In this document: positions 1 to 11,799 of the stretch, piece by piece
Numbering within the stretch: the stretch's first letter is position 1
Layout of the letters: each line of letters begins with the position of its first letter
NCBI GenBank assembly: GCA_964252035.1
Contig: OZ176216.1
DNA: 64,000 bases
DNA from: Podarcis erhardii
Taxonomy: Eukaryota
Direction: 5' to 3' (one strand)
Notes under the pieces: model-generated
What the model was told of the DNA's origin: nothing
The model's database searches: none
What the model saw: only the letters and a program-made list of their open reading frames with translations
Translations under genes and position numbers: made by a program

Positions 1-73
1 TGCCTGTTGAAGTGGTTAACAAGTCAACAGTTATTGATCCTAAATATTGCTGTAATACTTTTTAACATTTCAG

Positions 74-153
74 ATATACTAATGATGAACAAGTCAGAAA
101 CACTTAAGGAGAACGTTAAACCTGCATTCCACATGGTGGAATTTGAGCTCTGA
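74..153 (+). CDS. Candidate plus-strand terminal coding exon (D)ILMMNKSETLKENVKPAFHMVEFEL*, possibly an alternative last exon of the neighbouring gene
   Basis: Branch-like cctaaat at about 39-45, tract aatactttttaacatttcag ending at 73, open phase-1 frame to TGA at 151-153. Confidence 0.3.
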
Positions 154-896
154 AGGGACTTTGGCGTCAGCATGGACATAAACGGGGGTATTTTCTACTT
201 CAGAAAAAGAAAAAGAAAAAGAAAAAGCGTAAGAGTCTCAAAATGAACCCAAAAAGGCACAGCACTATCACTTCACATGGGTTTTCTGATAAGCTCATTT
301 TGTTTCGTCCTTAAAATGCTAATTCCCTAAATAACTGTCGAAATATACAAAGCCTAAGAAACCAAAAGCAATACACACTGCTTAGTCCAAAGTAAAGTTG
401 CTTCTTCTTTTAAAACAGAAAAGCAACAAAGGGCAGCTTATAACTACTTCTCCAGTGATCACAGCTCCCCCCATGCTCCCCCAAGGGGCAACATTGTATA
501 GCCTCCCCACACACCCCTGGCTTTTCCCCACCCCCACACCTCCACCTCCCAATTCTTGTCCATTGATCTCTGGAGGGGCCTCCAACACACACTTAAGTTC
601 TATGAAAATCCTGGACGTCCAACTCCAGCCTTCTTTTGACAACGGTATAGGGACCCTTTCGTCACAAGATCCAGGGGCTTGTCAGGGTTCATAAAGATCA
701 GGAATTTCCTGGCGAGAGTCAACAGAAGAAGTGGAGATTGTGAGAGGCGCCATGTGAGTCCTATGAGGATCAGCTGCAGTCAAGTTCTACACCAGCAGCT
801 CAGAGAAAGGTTGTTCAATCCCCAGCACGCTACGTTCCTGATTTGCTTCAATATCAGCGCACAACTTTGCAGCGTTCCAATGAAAAATGTATTGCT

Positions 897-902
897 TTTA
901 TT
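897..902 (-). terminator. Candidate proximal polyadenylation signal AATAAA
   Basis: tttatt on the + strand; the only AATAAA I found on the minus strand in 1-1283. A GTTGTG element lies about 30-40 nt downstream. Confidence 0.3.
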
Positions 903-1283
903 GCCAAGTAGCAAGGTGTCGTCCCATGTTTGCTACTCTTCTTGATCCCTTCCAGGCTTCCTCCGACAGGGGCTGCATGGTTTGCAGATCTCCTTCTTCC
1001 CTGCAAGTGTGTCGCCTCTTTCCTTTCAAAGTAGTCCCTTCTATCGAAAGTGCAGTACCTTGCCTCCACAACCCCTGCCATCGAGTTTCCTTGCAGAGCG
1101 AGTGATGCTCAGTCATTTCCCTGCTAGTACCAATTTAGGAGGGTTTGTATAGTCATCTGTTAAAGTCAAGGGTTGGGTCACAAACCATGAATTTTAGGGA
1201 TGGGACGTACATGGAAATCCACATGCATTTCCGTCCTTCACTTCAAACAATCCACCTTCCATCCGCAACACTCCAAAAACTTG

Positions 1284-1851
1284 CTAGTTCACCAAGACGT
1301 AGCCACCATGTTGGGGGTCAACAGTCTCCATCATTTCACAATCAAAGAGCCCTGGCAGCTCCACCAGGCCTAACGCCTCGTAGCTAGACTGGGATCCAGG
1401 AGGGTCAGAACTCCGCCGGCTGTCGGTCATTGCTACACTGCTCTGCTGGGTCGGGCCCAGGGGATATTGATGCTGGCTGGCATAGTCTGGTTCAGACGAG
1501 GTGCCAACGGGCAATTCGCAAGTCTGATAGGGATACTGCTGCTGTTGCAGGGGGATCTGCGAGGGCAGTCGAGAGGAACCGTGGATCGGGGGTGAGGGTG
1601 GCTGGTCAAGTTGAAGCTTCTGGTATTGGCTAAGGAAAGGGTCGTATTGCATTTGTTCGGCAGAAGGCTCCATGACGGGGCTCAGGGGCTGCACCAAACT
1701 GAACTGGGGAGGGGGGGGTGGCTGCTGCTCCTCGTGGCATGTGAGGGGCAGCTGGCTTGGTCTGGGGTAGGTACTTTCCGCTATTTGCATCTGGTTGAAA
1801 TACGCCTGCAGCTGGGATTGCTTCTGGAGAAACAGCCGCTTCTGGTGCAAC
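1284..1851 (-). CDS. SIK2: SIK2 terminal exon 15, coding part: [27 protein letters not shown]...[21 protein letters not shown]
   Basis: ORF 1284..1949. Acceptor atccag at 1852-1853, TAG stop at 1286-1284. The C-terminus matches SIK2 (...DPQHxGYVLVN). Confidence 0.97.
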
Positions 1852-2604
1852 CTGGATCGAGAGAGACCAAGAAAAGTTGGTTCAGCCAGTTTCTTAAAAG
1901 CCATGCCACTTTCTTCTCCTCTAGAGGCAAGGATTCTAGCATCAGACATAAAAAATTGACATCCAGTCTAAACCTCCACTTGCAGCAAGGATCAGAAAAC
2001 CTACCAGCTGCACTGCCCCCAGATTAATTCAAACTAAGTCCTTTTAAAAACGTACGAATTATTTTCTTTAAGGATCAAGGAAACCAAGGTAGACAAACGA
2101 GCAAACACCGCTGCTCTAATTCTATGCAATACGCACTTTTACACACAGATTTTAAAAGCAGGAAAATGTACAAAATGAGCTGAAGGGGGCTTTGGGAGAA
2201 CCTTGGGGTGACAAATTTTGCATTGGAAGTTTCCAGGTCTACAAGGCAGCGCCATCTCAGCCTGAAGCAAGAAGCAAATACATGAATTCCTTCCCTGCTT
2301 TTCGGACTGGCTCACAAGTCAATCAGGAGAGAAACACTGCTGACAAGGAGAATGGGGCAGCACACCCATGACAATTCAGTGCTGCCTGCATACATGCACT
2401 GAGCAGCAACTGTGGGAGATCACCTGGGAACCATCCACCCCTCTTATGCTATAAAGCATTGCATTCTTGTGAGCCCTCATCCAAAGACACATTAATCTGG
2501 AGGTGGGTGGGAAAGCATCCTAATTAAGCTCCCCCTGACTCTTAAAGCAAGCTTATATATACAAGCAGGTCCAAACCAGTGGGCGCTGCTGCCTTCTCGC
2601 TCAC

Positions 2605-2696
2605 CTGTGTTCCTGTAACTGCTGCTCCAGGCTCCGGGGTAATTCCTTGCAAAAAACCTGGCAGGCGTTTTGAGCTTTGGAAAGCAGACTGGGCTT
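2605..2696 (-). CDS. SIK2: SIK2 exon 14 (92 nt): [31 protein letters not shown]
   Basis: Manual translation. Acceptor tttcag, donor gtgagc. Confidence 0.95.
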
Positions 2697-3001
2697 CTGA
2701 AACAAGGAAGACTTGCTGTAACATCATATGCACAACACTTTATAGTCCTGCTATAACACTGAAGTAATGTAGGGACTGAGCTTGCTGTTAAGCCCACTGC
2801 TCCCCATCACAACTAGTTTTGCCATGATATGTGCAGCCGGCCACGAGAGCCCCATGGCTTTGTTATTTGAAACCCTGGAGGAGGGGAGAGTAGTGTGTCT
2901 TATATCTCGACCCATTTTAGTGGGGAGACGAGAGTGAAGGAGAGGCAGCAGCACTCCCTATAACCTTCTGTGTTGTTTGAAGTGGCCTAATTCTTCCATA
3001 C

Positions 3002-3115
3002 CTGGAGTCTGTGCTGCAAGTACTGCGTTTCTAAGCTCTGCCGCCTGGAGAGCAACTGGGGATGGATGCCGTTAGCAAAAGCAGAGGCAGCGTCTTGCTG
3101 TTGCGGTGTTTCCTC
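3002..3115 (-). CDS. SIK2: SIK2 exon 13 (114 nt): [38 protein letters not shown]
   Basis: ORF 2987..3208. Acceptor cccaag after a TC-rich tract (tandem AAG/GAG), donor gtatgg. Confidence 0.94.
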
Positions 3116-3872
3116 CTTGGGGGAGAGAGAGAGACAGACAGAGAGAAAGAGGGAAAGGATGAATGTGCTGTAGAGACCTTCTGCTGATCCAGAGGCCACA
3201 TTTCCCACTTAAAACTCTGACAAGGAGCAAAGTCCATCGAAACAAGAGCCAGATCAGGAGCCGGGCAAATGACCTGAATCCAGGTCCAACCCTCTGCCAT
3301 CCAGCCAGGCTGGAAAGAAGTTTCAAAATCCCCAAGTGTGGTCAGCAAGCCTGCATGTTTGTGAGTGATGCCTGCTTCCTAGAGAAATCACAGGTTGCTG
3401 GTGTTATCCAACTAACTTCTACTTAGAGTAGCTCCACTGAAGTTAATGAGCCTGTCAGCCACGTCTATTAATTTGAATGGGTCTCCTCTGAGTAGGAATC
3501 TTTTAATGACTCATGCTTTGCAAATGCCTGGCCCACACAGACTCCCAACCCCTCCCACACAGACCTGAGGTCCACAGCCTCCTCATTCCTATACTCCAAA
3601 CACCAATCAAACCCACCCCGGCACCAAGAGGTTTCAGATTTGGAAATGCAGAACTTAAGATGGTAACAAAACCCAGATGAAAGCTAAGAAATTACACCCA
3701 GCTCAGATTTGTTGGCTTCTTGTGTGGCAGGTGCCCCAGTTAAGTTTCCTCTCTCTGCCTACCGACACATCCTGACTTCTCTGTGCTGCTTCAGCTGGAG
3801 TAGCTTAAGGAGGGCTGCAAGACTACACGGCTCACAAGAGATTATAGCAAACATGCTCCAGAAATGGCATAC

Positions 3873-4036
3873 CTGCTGGGGACCACTCCTGAGGTCTTGC
3901 AGATGGGGAGACGTGGAGGCCAAGGCAGGCTCATCTTCTGACCTCATCTGTTCATAGAACAGCTGGACTTTGTTAAGCTCCAGGATTCCTTTGGTTCGGG
4001 CTAGATTCTGAAGGTGCTGCCTAAATGCCACAATTC
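3873..4036 (-). CDS. SIK2: SIK2 exon 12 (164 nt): [55 protein letters not shown]
   Basis: ORF 3759..4031. Acceptor atccag, donor gtatgc. Confidence 0.96.
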
Positions 4037-4220
4037 CTGGATTGAGGACAAGGCAGAGCAGTTTTTAGAAGGAAAGCAATCCCTGGATGTTAAGATTGTG
4101 AGCAGCCCTCTGCTTTGAATTGTTAGTTTATTTTTGGGTTTTGCTCATTGCACCTGTGATGTACATGTATTTCCAGGACATCCACATACAATTTCTAAAA
4201 AGGTGAAGGTATATATAGAG

Positions 4221-4344
4221 CAGGGTTTACTAAACTTGGGTCTCCAGCTGTTTTTGGACTAAAATTCCCACCATCCCTGACCACTGGTCCTGCTAGCGAG
4301 GGATGATGGGAGTTGTAGTCTAAAAAACAGCTGGAGACACCCTG
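4221..4344. mobile_element. Palindromic hAT-type MITE, right arm partly deleted
   Basis: 8-bp TSD atatagag (4213-4220 / 4345-4352), cag...ctg termini, internal inverted symmetry. Confidence 0.8.
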
Positions 4345-4369
4345 ATATAGAGGCCCATGTACACTAGGG

Positions 4370-4505
4370 CAGTGTTTCCCAACCTTGGGTCTTGAGCTGT
4401 TTTTAGACTACAGACCCCATCATCCCTGACCACTGGTCTTGCTAGCTAGGGATGATGGGAGTTGTAGTCCAAAAACAGCTCGAGACCCAAGGTTGGGAAA
4501 CACTG
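4370..4505. mobile_element. Palindromic hAT-type MITE (same family)
   Basis: Terminal inverted repeats (TIRs) cagtgtttcccaaccttgggtct / agacccaaggttgggaaacactg; 8-bp TSD cactaggg (4362-4369 / 4506-4513). Confidence 0.88.
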
Positions 4506-4669
4506 CACTAGGGAACACCAACAGGTTGAACAAAACAGATGAATATGTAGGCTGCAATAGTAAACACATTTATTCCTAGGAATAGCTCCAATTGAACTCA
4601 ATAAGGGTTACTTGTTAGTAGGTTGCACTGTGAGACAGTCCCACAATCCCCTCCTCTCCTTCCCACCAC

Positions 4670-4920
4670 CAAAAAGAAATGAGAGCATAAGAAGAGCTTG
4701 CTGGATCAGGACTGTGGCCCATTTAGTACAGCATCCTGTTCTCACAGCAACCAGCCAGACGTTCACAGAAAAACTACAAGCAGGACCTGAACACAAGGAC
4801 GCTCTCCCCTTCTGTGGTTTCCAGAAACTGGTATTCAGAAGCTCTGCTGCCTCTAAACATGGAGCCTGGACATCATGGCTAGTCGTCATTGATACCTTTA
4901 TCGTCCATACGTCTAGCATC
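4670..4920 (-). mobile_element. CR1 LINE 3' end fragment
   Basis: cataagaagagcttgctggatcagg...tagtacagcatcctgttctcacag is the reverse complement of a typical squamate CR1 3' end. Confidence 0.65.
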
Positions 4921-5127
4921 TTTGTTGTATAGCTCTTGCTATATGCTGAAGTCATATCTTATCTGTCAGTTTAGAACTGGGGCAGTTCAGGACTTCCTGG
5001 CTGCCAGGACAACTATGGGGCCACCCCAAAAGCAATAGGCCTAACCCAGGTAGCAGGGCACACCCCACCCAGACTGCCTGCCCCAACAGCTGCAGCCCAT
5101 ACACCTTGATTTCTTAACAGAAGGTAC

Positions 5128-5412
5128 CTTGTGTTAGGGATGTGTCTGACGCTCTGCGCCCCTCTCGGAAGCTGACAGGGGAACGGTTGTGGGCCTCTCG
5201 TTTGTGGGAGGCCAGAGCCTGCATGGCGGGATTAGCGGGTCTCAGGCCTATGAAAGGAGGTGTCATCCTAGGAGCTGGCTGATTGGCAAGTACCATTTCC
5301 TTCAGGGAAGGAGTGTCTTCTAGAAAGTTGAGGTCTCTCTGGATGGATCCCATGTCATATTCAGAGTCGACGCTGCTCAAGGACTGGTTCTCATCCATGG
5401 AAAAGACTTTCC
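5128..5412 (-). CDS. SIK2: SIK2 exon 11 (285 nt): [10 protein letters not shown]...[24 protein letters not shown] (RRAS, S587-equivalent, RK-rich region)
   Basis: ORF 5114..5464. Acceptor ctaaag, donor gtacct. Confidence 0.96.
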
Positions 5413-6613
5413 CTTTAGAACACAGGAAAATCCATAGTAAGTAGAATGAGTAATTACCTACCAAAGCAAACTAAGCAGCTGTGTCTAAAGCCATGTCTCT
5501 AATGGCTAGTTGGAACATGTTAAGATAGCCTCCAAATGAGCAAGGCTGCATTGCTTTAGCCCTTTTCCAACACTGCAGAAACAGGCAGGTTCAAATAACG
5601 ATGGCAGATGGCCGTGTGAATTGGCACAGTCAGACAAAATATGCTACCACCTGGAATTTTTTATTTTCACATTTGAAAAGTGAAAAAGCCGCCTTTTAAG
5701 GACAAGTCATTTTGGTTTTCTTCTTAAAATTGCCCAAAAACCACTGGGAGCTGAATACTGCTTTTCTACTACAGCAATTGTGAACAGATATGACACATAT
5801 TTGGAAAGGAGCACACACAACCTTCTCACGTTTAGAGGGGAAAAATCATGCAAACACTTTCGCATGAAGTCACAAGGAGCATTTGCCAGGCAGTTGCTTC
5901 TCTGCGATTCCAGCCTTGCTTATCGCAATATATACACTCACTGTGTACGTGGCGAGGCTGGAACGTAGCAAGGGCATATGAAGGTCGATGCTCTAAACAT
6001 TACAATGAAACTCTCCTGTATACTGGTTTACATTATGACCCTCTTGGTGTCTCCACAGACGCTGTTTGCTCAACAGCAATTTTGGCAGAATGATTCTTGC
6101 TGCGTCACCACTGTGATTTTTTAAAGCAGATTTGAGGGTGGAGGAATTCCACACACACACACCGCAGTTACTGAACAAGCACCAATAAGTTCTCAAGTGA
6201 TGGTGGAACAGCAGCCTCCTCCCATTTGCACAGGAATGATGGAGAGATGTTCTCCTGGGGGCTATGCCACTGGCTCCCAGTGCTATGAAACATTCACTAA
6301 CTGGTGGCTCCTTAGCTGACACTGTTTGCTCTTCCCAGCCTTTGAACACTGTCATGAGATTGCTTGGCAAAACAAGCAGAAACCATCTGTACATTTATCA
6401 TTCTTATCTTCCTACAAAGCAAATTCATTGTTGGCTCCAAGGTAATAACTGCACCCCCCGTGCACACAGCGCTTGTCTTTGTTGGCTGCTAAATTCAGTG
6501 AGGTATGAAAATTAGGCCAAGACCTCAAAATCCCCCCACCCTCTGCCTCAAGTTGCCTTCAGTGTATAACCAAACTTCTCTCTTCCTGGAAGTCCACCAC
6601 AGGCCCTTTAAAA

Positions 6614-6910
6614 TAATAGAATCAGAGTTGGAAGGGACCCTGAGGGTCATCTAGTCCAACCTCCTGCAATGCTGGAATCTCAGCTAAAGCATCCATGACA
6701 GATGGCCACCCAACCTCTGCTTAAAAACCTCCAAGGAACGAAGAGTCCACCACGTCCCGGGGAGAAACTGTTCCACTGTCAAACAGCTCTTACTGTCAGA
6801 AAGTTCTTCCTGATGTTTAGCCAGAATCTCATTTTTTGCAACATGAAGCCATTGGTTTGAGTCCTACCCTCCAGAGCAGGAGAAAACAAGCTTTTCCCCT
6901 CTTCCATGTG
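6614..6910 (-). mobile_element. CR1 LINE 3' end fragment
   Basis: agaatcagagttggaagggacc...ggtcatctagtccaacc...agaaagttcttcctgatgttt is a characteristic CR1 3' terminus. Confidence 0.85.
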
Positions 6911-7196
6911 CACCTGCTCTCAGTCTACAACATACCACAGTTGGAATTAGGTGGATTCACATAAGGAGTACTATCCTGACCTAGGGCAGGACTGGACTAG
7001 CGCAACCAGCCAGCCAACTTGGTGCCCTTCAGATATTTTTGACTACAACTCCCATTAGCCCCAGGCAGGACGGGACTTGTTTGGATGGGAGCTGAAGCCC
7101 AAAACATCTGGAGGGCACCAGGGTGGGGAAGGATGAACCAGCTGAGCTGTGGCAACACTCCAACTTCCTAGGCTCCAGCCTGAACCACTTACTTAC

Positions 7197-7425
7197 CTGT
7201 GCCTGGCATGACAACCAGCTGATTGGTTACTTCTGCCAGAGTGTGACGCCTCTTCCCACAGCGAGTGGCTTGCAGGGCTGCAAACGCTTGAGCAGGATCC
7301 TCTTCAGACTCTCCCTCTGTCTCTATCCCTTCATCAATGGAAGTCTCCATCATACTGCTTGGCAGGGACTGGCATCCTTTCCTCCCCATCATTGGGGGAA
7401 TGGGATCCAACAGGCAGCCATTCAC
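7197..7425 (-). CDS. SIK2: SIK2 exon 10 (229 nt): [76 protein letters not shown] (RRHT, T484-equivalent)
   Basis: ORF 7189..7425. Acceptor cattag, donor gtaagt. Confidence 0.96.
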
Positions 7426-7659
7426 CTAATGCATTAAGAAAAGGAGGGTGAGGAGAACCACAAACACACAATATCTACTTAGTGGCACTTGTTTGCAGAG
7501 ACTCCATGACATTTGAAATCTCTGTCAAGTGAGAGACAATTATGATACTGAGCAGCATCTGAAAACACAGTAGAGGCAATCTGTTGATTGAATATAACCA
7601 GAGTGCTACAAACCATGATGCTGCTTGATAAAATGTCAAGAGCAGAGCTGGCAAGACAC

Positions 7660-7662
<3 letters not shown>

Positions 7663-7702
<40 letters not shown>
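7663..7702. repeat. (GA)n microsatellite
   Basis: Direct reading. Confidence 0.95.
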
Positions 7703-7708
<6 letters not shown>

Positions 7709-10700
7709 CAGTGAGAGTTGGTCTTTTCTTACAGGGTCATCTTTTCCTGGTGAAAACAGGCACACTATCTCACCCCACTCCTAGGTAGCACAAGTTAAAC
7801 TACTGACCGACAACCCTCTCTCTCCATTCTCTGGGGCTTCTCTGTGGCAGCTACCTTCCAGAAAACAACCACCTCCCATGAGCATGTCACAGCAATGAAA
7901 AGGTCCAGCAACTTCATACCAGTTCAGGATTACTAGCTAGCTAGATAGCTGCGCTGCTTCCTCTCAGGGGCTACGGACTAGGGCACAATTGACTAGGAAC
8001 TCTCCTGTGCAACCCCCATGAACAGGCTTAGGTGCTCTTGCCCATTTGGGCCTTGCAGAGGAGATGTTCCCAGAATGCTGTGCCCCAGGTGCCCTGCTCT
8101 TCCAATAAAGAGGCCTCCCAGCCAGCTGATGAGTGACCTTGCTGCTCTTGACTAATTCCCAGACATTTAAGCAGCTGTTCCTGAATTCCATCAAAAAATC
8201 TGTCTCAGGGGATTAGCTTCAAAATTAGCTAATTGCTGAACTGCTGAGGTTGGGCCAAGTTCCCGTTTCTCTAGGAGATTGCACTGATACCTAAAAAATA
8301 TATTCGAGTTTGACTGCAGTCTATCACACATGGGAACGTATTTTGGATAGGGCTCCAATTCTGGGGTGAGGGGAGCATGTTCCCTGTGACTCCCCCCCTC
8401 CCCTAGTGGAGAAACACATTCGGCAACCTCTAAAATGGAGCCTTGGGGTTTTTTTTAAAAAAAAATGACACCTGAAAACATCTTAAATGATGTCAACAAA
8501 AAAATAAAAGGGAAAAAATAATTTGCATCAACTTTGTGCATCTGCCTCCCCCCCCCCCCCCGGATTTCACATATGAACCTGATGACAAATTGGCTCCACA
8601 AGGCAGCACTGAAGGTTGACTCTGCAAGGTGTAGAAGCAAAAATCCAGAGCAACTCTGCACCTGACTGAAGGGAACTTTCTCAGGTAAAATGAAACTCTA
8701 TGTGTTTCACCCAGACATTTGTGTGTTGCGTCAACCCCAGAAATACCTGTTGGGCTGCTCTGGCAACTGATTTTAATGCAAGTGAAAGTACTTCAGATTC
8801 TGCCTTATGATGGAGCTACTTTCATCCTTGCTTATGTGCAGGATGTTAAATGCTTTGATATCGTTACTGATTTCAATATGGTAAATCAGATTTCTTCTTG
8901 TTGTGGTTGCTTAAAAACCCACCCAGGTTTAAAGGGGTTTTGAAAATCACCTTGCAGAAGACCTCCTTGCATCTGTTCAGGCTCCTATAGCTGGTGGCTA
9001 CCTCCCTAGGATGGGCAGTGCCAAAACTCCCTTTGAAACATATGCAGGGAACCTGCTCATCTCCACATGTCATCTCCATCAGCACCAGCAAATGCTCAGG
9101 GGTGAGAGGAGGTACAGTCTCACAGGACCCAGCTAACAACAGTAGATTAAAGACACTGGTGTCTCGGCCAGATAGCACAATAACGTCCATTCCATGACTT
9201 CCCTTGGACCCAGAAATGACTTTTGTTTGTTTCCTATACTGAGACACTGAAAGACTAACCAAAGCAACTTCCATGTCTAACAGAAGGCAGTTTTGCAATC
9301 TGCCAACTGCAGGAGACAAGAACATTTCAGAGGCAACCCTGATCCCAAAGCCGGGTTATGGGAGTGCCGCTGTTTGTTTTACCACAGGACGTCTAGCTGA
9401 CACTTCCAGCTACAACTACATTTAGGACACAGGGAGGACATTGGTGTTGCCTGCACTGGCCATAGCTTAGCCTCTAAAAAGGAACCTGTGCTTGGAAGAG
9501 CATGCATGGCAGACGTCTCCCCCCCCCCTTAAGATATGAAGGGTGGCCTCTGCCTTCATCTGGATTAAGAGTTGCAAGCCTGTACATGTGGAGACATCTC
9601 TGGGGGAAAGCTCCTTGCGCTGCTGTCATCAGACCAGGGAACGAAGCCAAGATACACCAGCCCCATGGTGATGACTGCAACAAATACGGTAAACCGTGTC
9701 AAGCCCCGCTTGCTAGATTGCATTTGACAATCAAGCACAGAAGAAAAACAGGTTCAGGACAGCACCTCCTGTATAAGCAGGTCTTAGTATGTTAAGAAGC
9801 ACAGCTGTAAAATGAGAGGGTGAGCTTCCATGTTTCCCTGCTCCTCTGAGGCAATGATTTCTCTTAAGCCCTATAGCTGCTAACTCAGCAATGGAGCTGT
9901 GTTATGCTGGGCAGGCTGTTTCCTGGAACACCAAGCCAGCAACAAAAGTTTTGCGGCTGGCACCACACTACCACCCGCATCACAACAAGAATCAAGTTAT
10001 CCGTTAACAGCCGGGCTGGTTAAGCAGCAGCCAAAGGCATAGACAACTTAATTCAGTCAGCAGACACGACACAGGACAAACAATTCAGCGGAACTAAGTG
10101 CTAGTGTTAAGACAGGTTTCCTAGATTTTACTGTTCAGGTTGCTTGGAGCAAGTAAAAACAACAACAACCTTAATAGCTGCTATAAGAGAAATCTCCTGG
10201 ATTAAAGAGGGAGGGGTTCCACAATATGCCTGAATGCTTTTGCCACTCCAAACTGTACATGAGATTAGACTAGAGTTTGCCAAGAATCAGGGTATTGTAT
10301 AGTAACAGCCCTGTTCACGTTTATCCAGCCTTATCAGAGGCAGAAAGCTATACTACACCTCACTAAAACTAACTGCTTACAGATCTCTTGACCCAGGTAT
10401 TTAGAAATGGTGGTAAGTCTGAAGCACTCTAAATATCACATCTGAGGAGAGTCATTTTGGTGTCAGGCATGCTGATTAGAAAGGGTATTCAGGTGTCGAT
10501 CCCTCCTGGTCCCGATGGAAGACTATGGACTGCCAGATCACCTTAGGCAAGACCCTCTGAAAGAGAGGTAACTGACCCCAAGATGCATTTTTTGGGGGTG
10601 GGGTTACTTCTGATCCCTGCTCCTCTTATTTTAGCACCGCAGCATGAAGCTAGCTGTGCGGGAAGCAGCCACATTCATAAGCTGTCGTATAAAAAGCACA

Positions 10701-11686
10701 GACACGTATTTATGAATGATGAAAGAAACCGAACTAATAATTATAAGCCTCTTTTGTGTCATCTGGTGGTACAGGACGACACTGGGCTAGAAAGGCCAAG
10801 TACATACTGCTCTTATATATAGAAGTCTCCCATCCTGGCAAGCCCTAAATCAAGGGTGTCATTTGAATCTGATGGCATAAAACACACCAATATTAATGAG
10901 GCAATGACTGTGCAAGAACAGAACGTGTCATTACGTAGGTATACACACACCACAGAAACGTGTTTCTGGCCTATTTTGTGCTCTTGTCGTCACAAAGGCT
11001 CTGGAATATTTTTCTCCTGCCAGCTCACATCCATTCTGGTTAATTCCCACTTCCCTTCAAGACCCATCACCACAGACCTCTCAGCTTGATGTGTGAATGT
11101 GCAAAGCTCACTGGAGCAACTGTACCTTTGCACAATTGTGGATCTGTCACATCCGATTAGTCAGGTTCAGTGCCAGCCTGTTAGCGGCAGAGGAGCACAA
11201 AGTTTATGCAAGTTTTCTTGCATTAACGACAGGAGCCAAAATCTAAAGGGACTGCAGCTGAACTAGTGATTCTCCGGAGCAGATTGTTAATTTCGACTTA
11301 CAGAGTGGGAGAATAAAAAACAAAAAAACCCCAAAGGTTTTAGAGACAGAAGGTCTCTAATATTTTTTGACAACTTGAAGGTCCCAGCAAGCTTGTTACT
11401 GCTCATGAAGTGAACTAAAAGCAAACATTAATAACACCATTTCAATTAAAGCCTTGCTGCCTGCCAAGTTTCCAATATCACATAATGTAAACAGGCAGGA
11501 AAACTGCAATTACAGCTGAAAATTAACATGGAAATTCTCAGCTTACAAGGAAATTTGGGGGAGGGGGACTCATTTTGCAACTGCAGTCAAGCATACCTGC
11601 AAGTTTACATAAAGAAGTCTAAGGCTGGCTGCAAATTTGCAGCCTCAACACTGTGAGTGTAAACTAAAACTCATGAGGGTCCTTGT

Positions 11687-11799
11687 CAGCATAAACAGCA
11701 ACGAGCCTTGCAGCACCTTAAAGACTAACAGATTTCGCTTATGCCATAATAAATCTGTCAGCCCTTACGGTGCCACAAGCCTCTTGGTTGTTTATGCTG
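11687..11799. mobile_element. Old, degenerate Penelope-like inverted-repeat relic
   Basis: 49-bp arms (11687-11735 / 11751-11799), 39 of 49 complementary by my count. Contains gcaccttaaagactaac, shared with the PLE ends at 23.7 kb and 59.9 kb. Confidence 0.65.

Larger units (their letters stand above)
1..1283 (-). other. SIK2: SIK2 3' UTR (probably continues past position 1)
   Basis: Directly downstream of the stop codon. No recognisable transposon. Confidence 0.75.

Noticed and set aside
1611-2027. 138-aa plus-strand ORF
   Set aside because: It is the antisense shadow of the GC-rich SIK2 last exon and has no recognisable domain.
10441-10490. Other CTGANGA motifs as possible hammerheads (also 8581, 12744, 50280)
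   Set aside because: No helix II, GAAA or UH arrangement with a pairing helix I.
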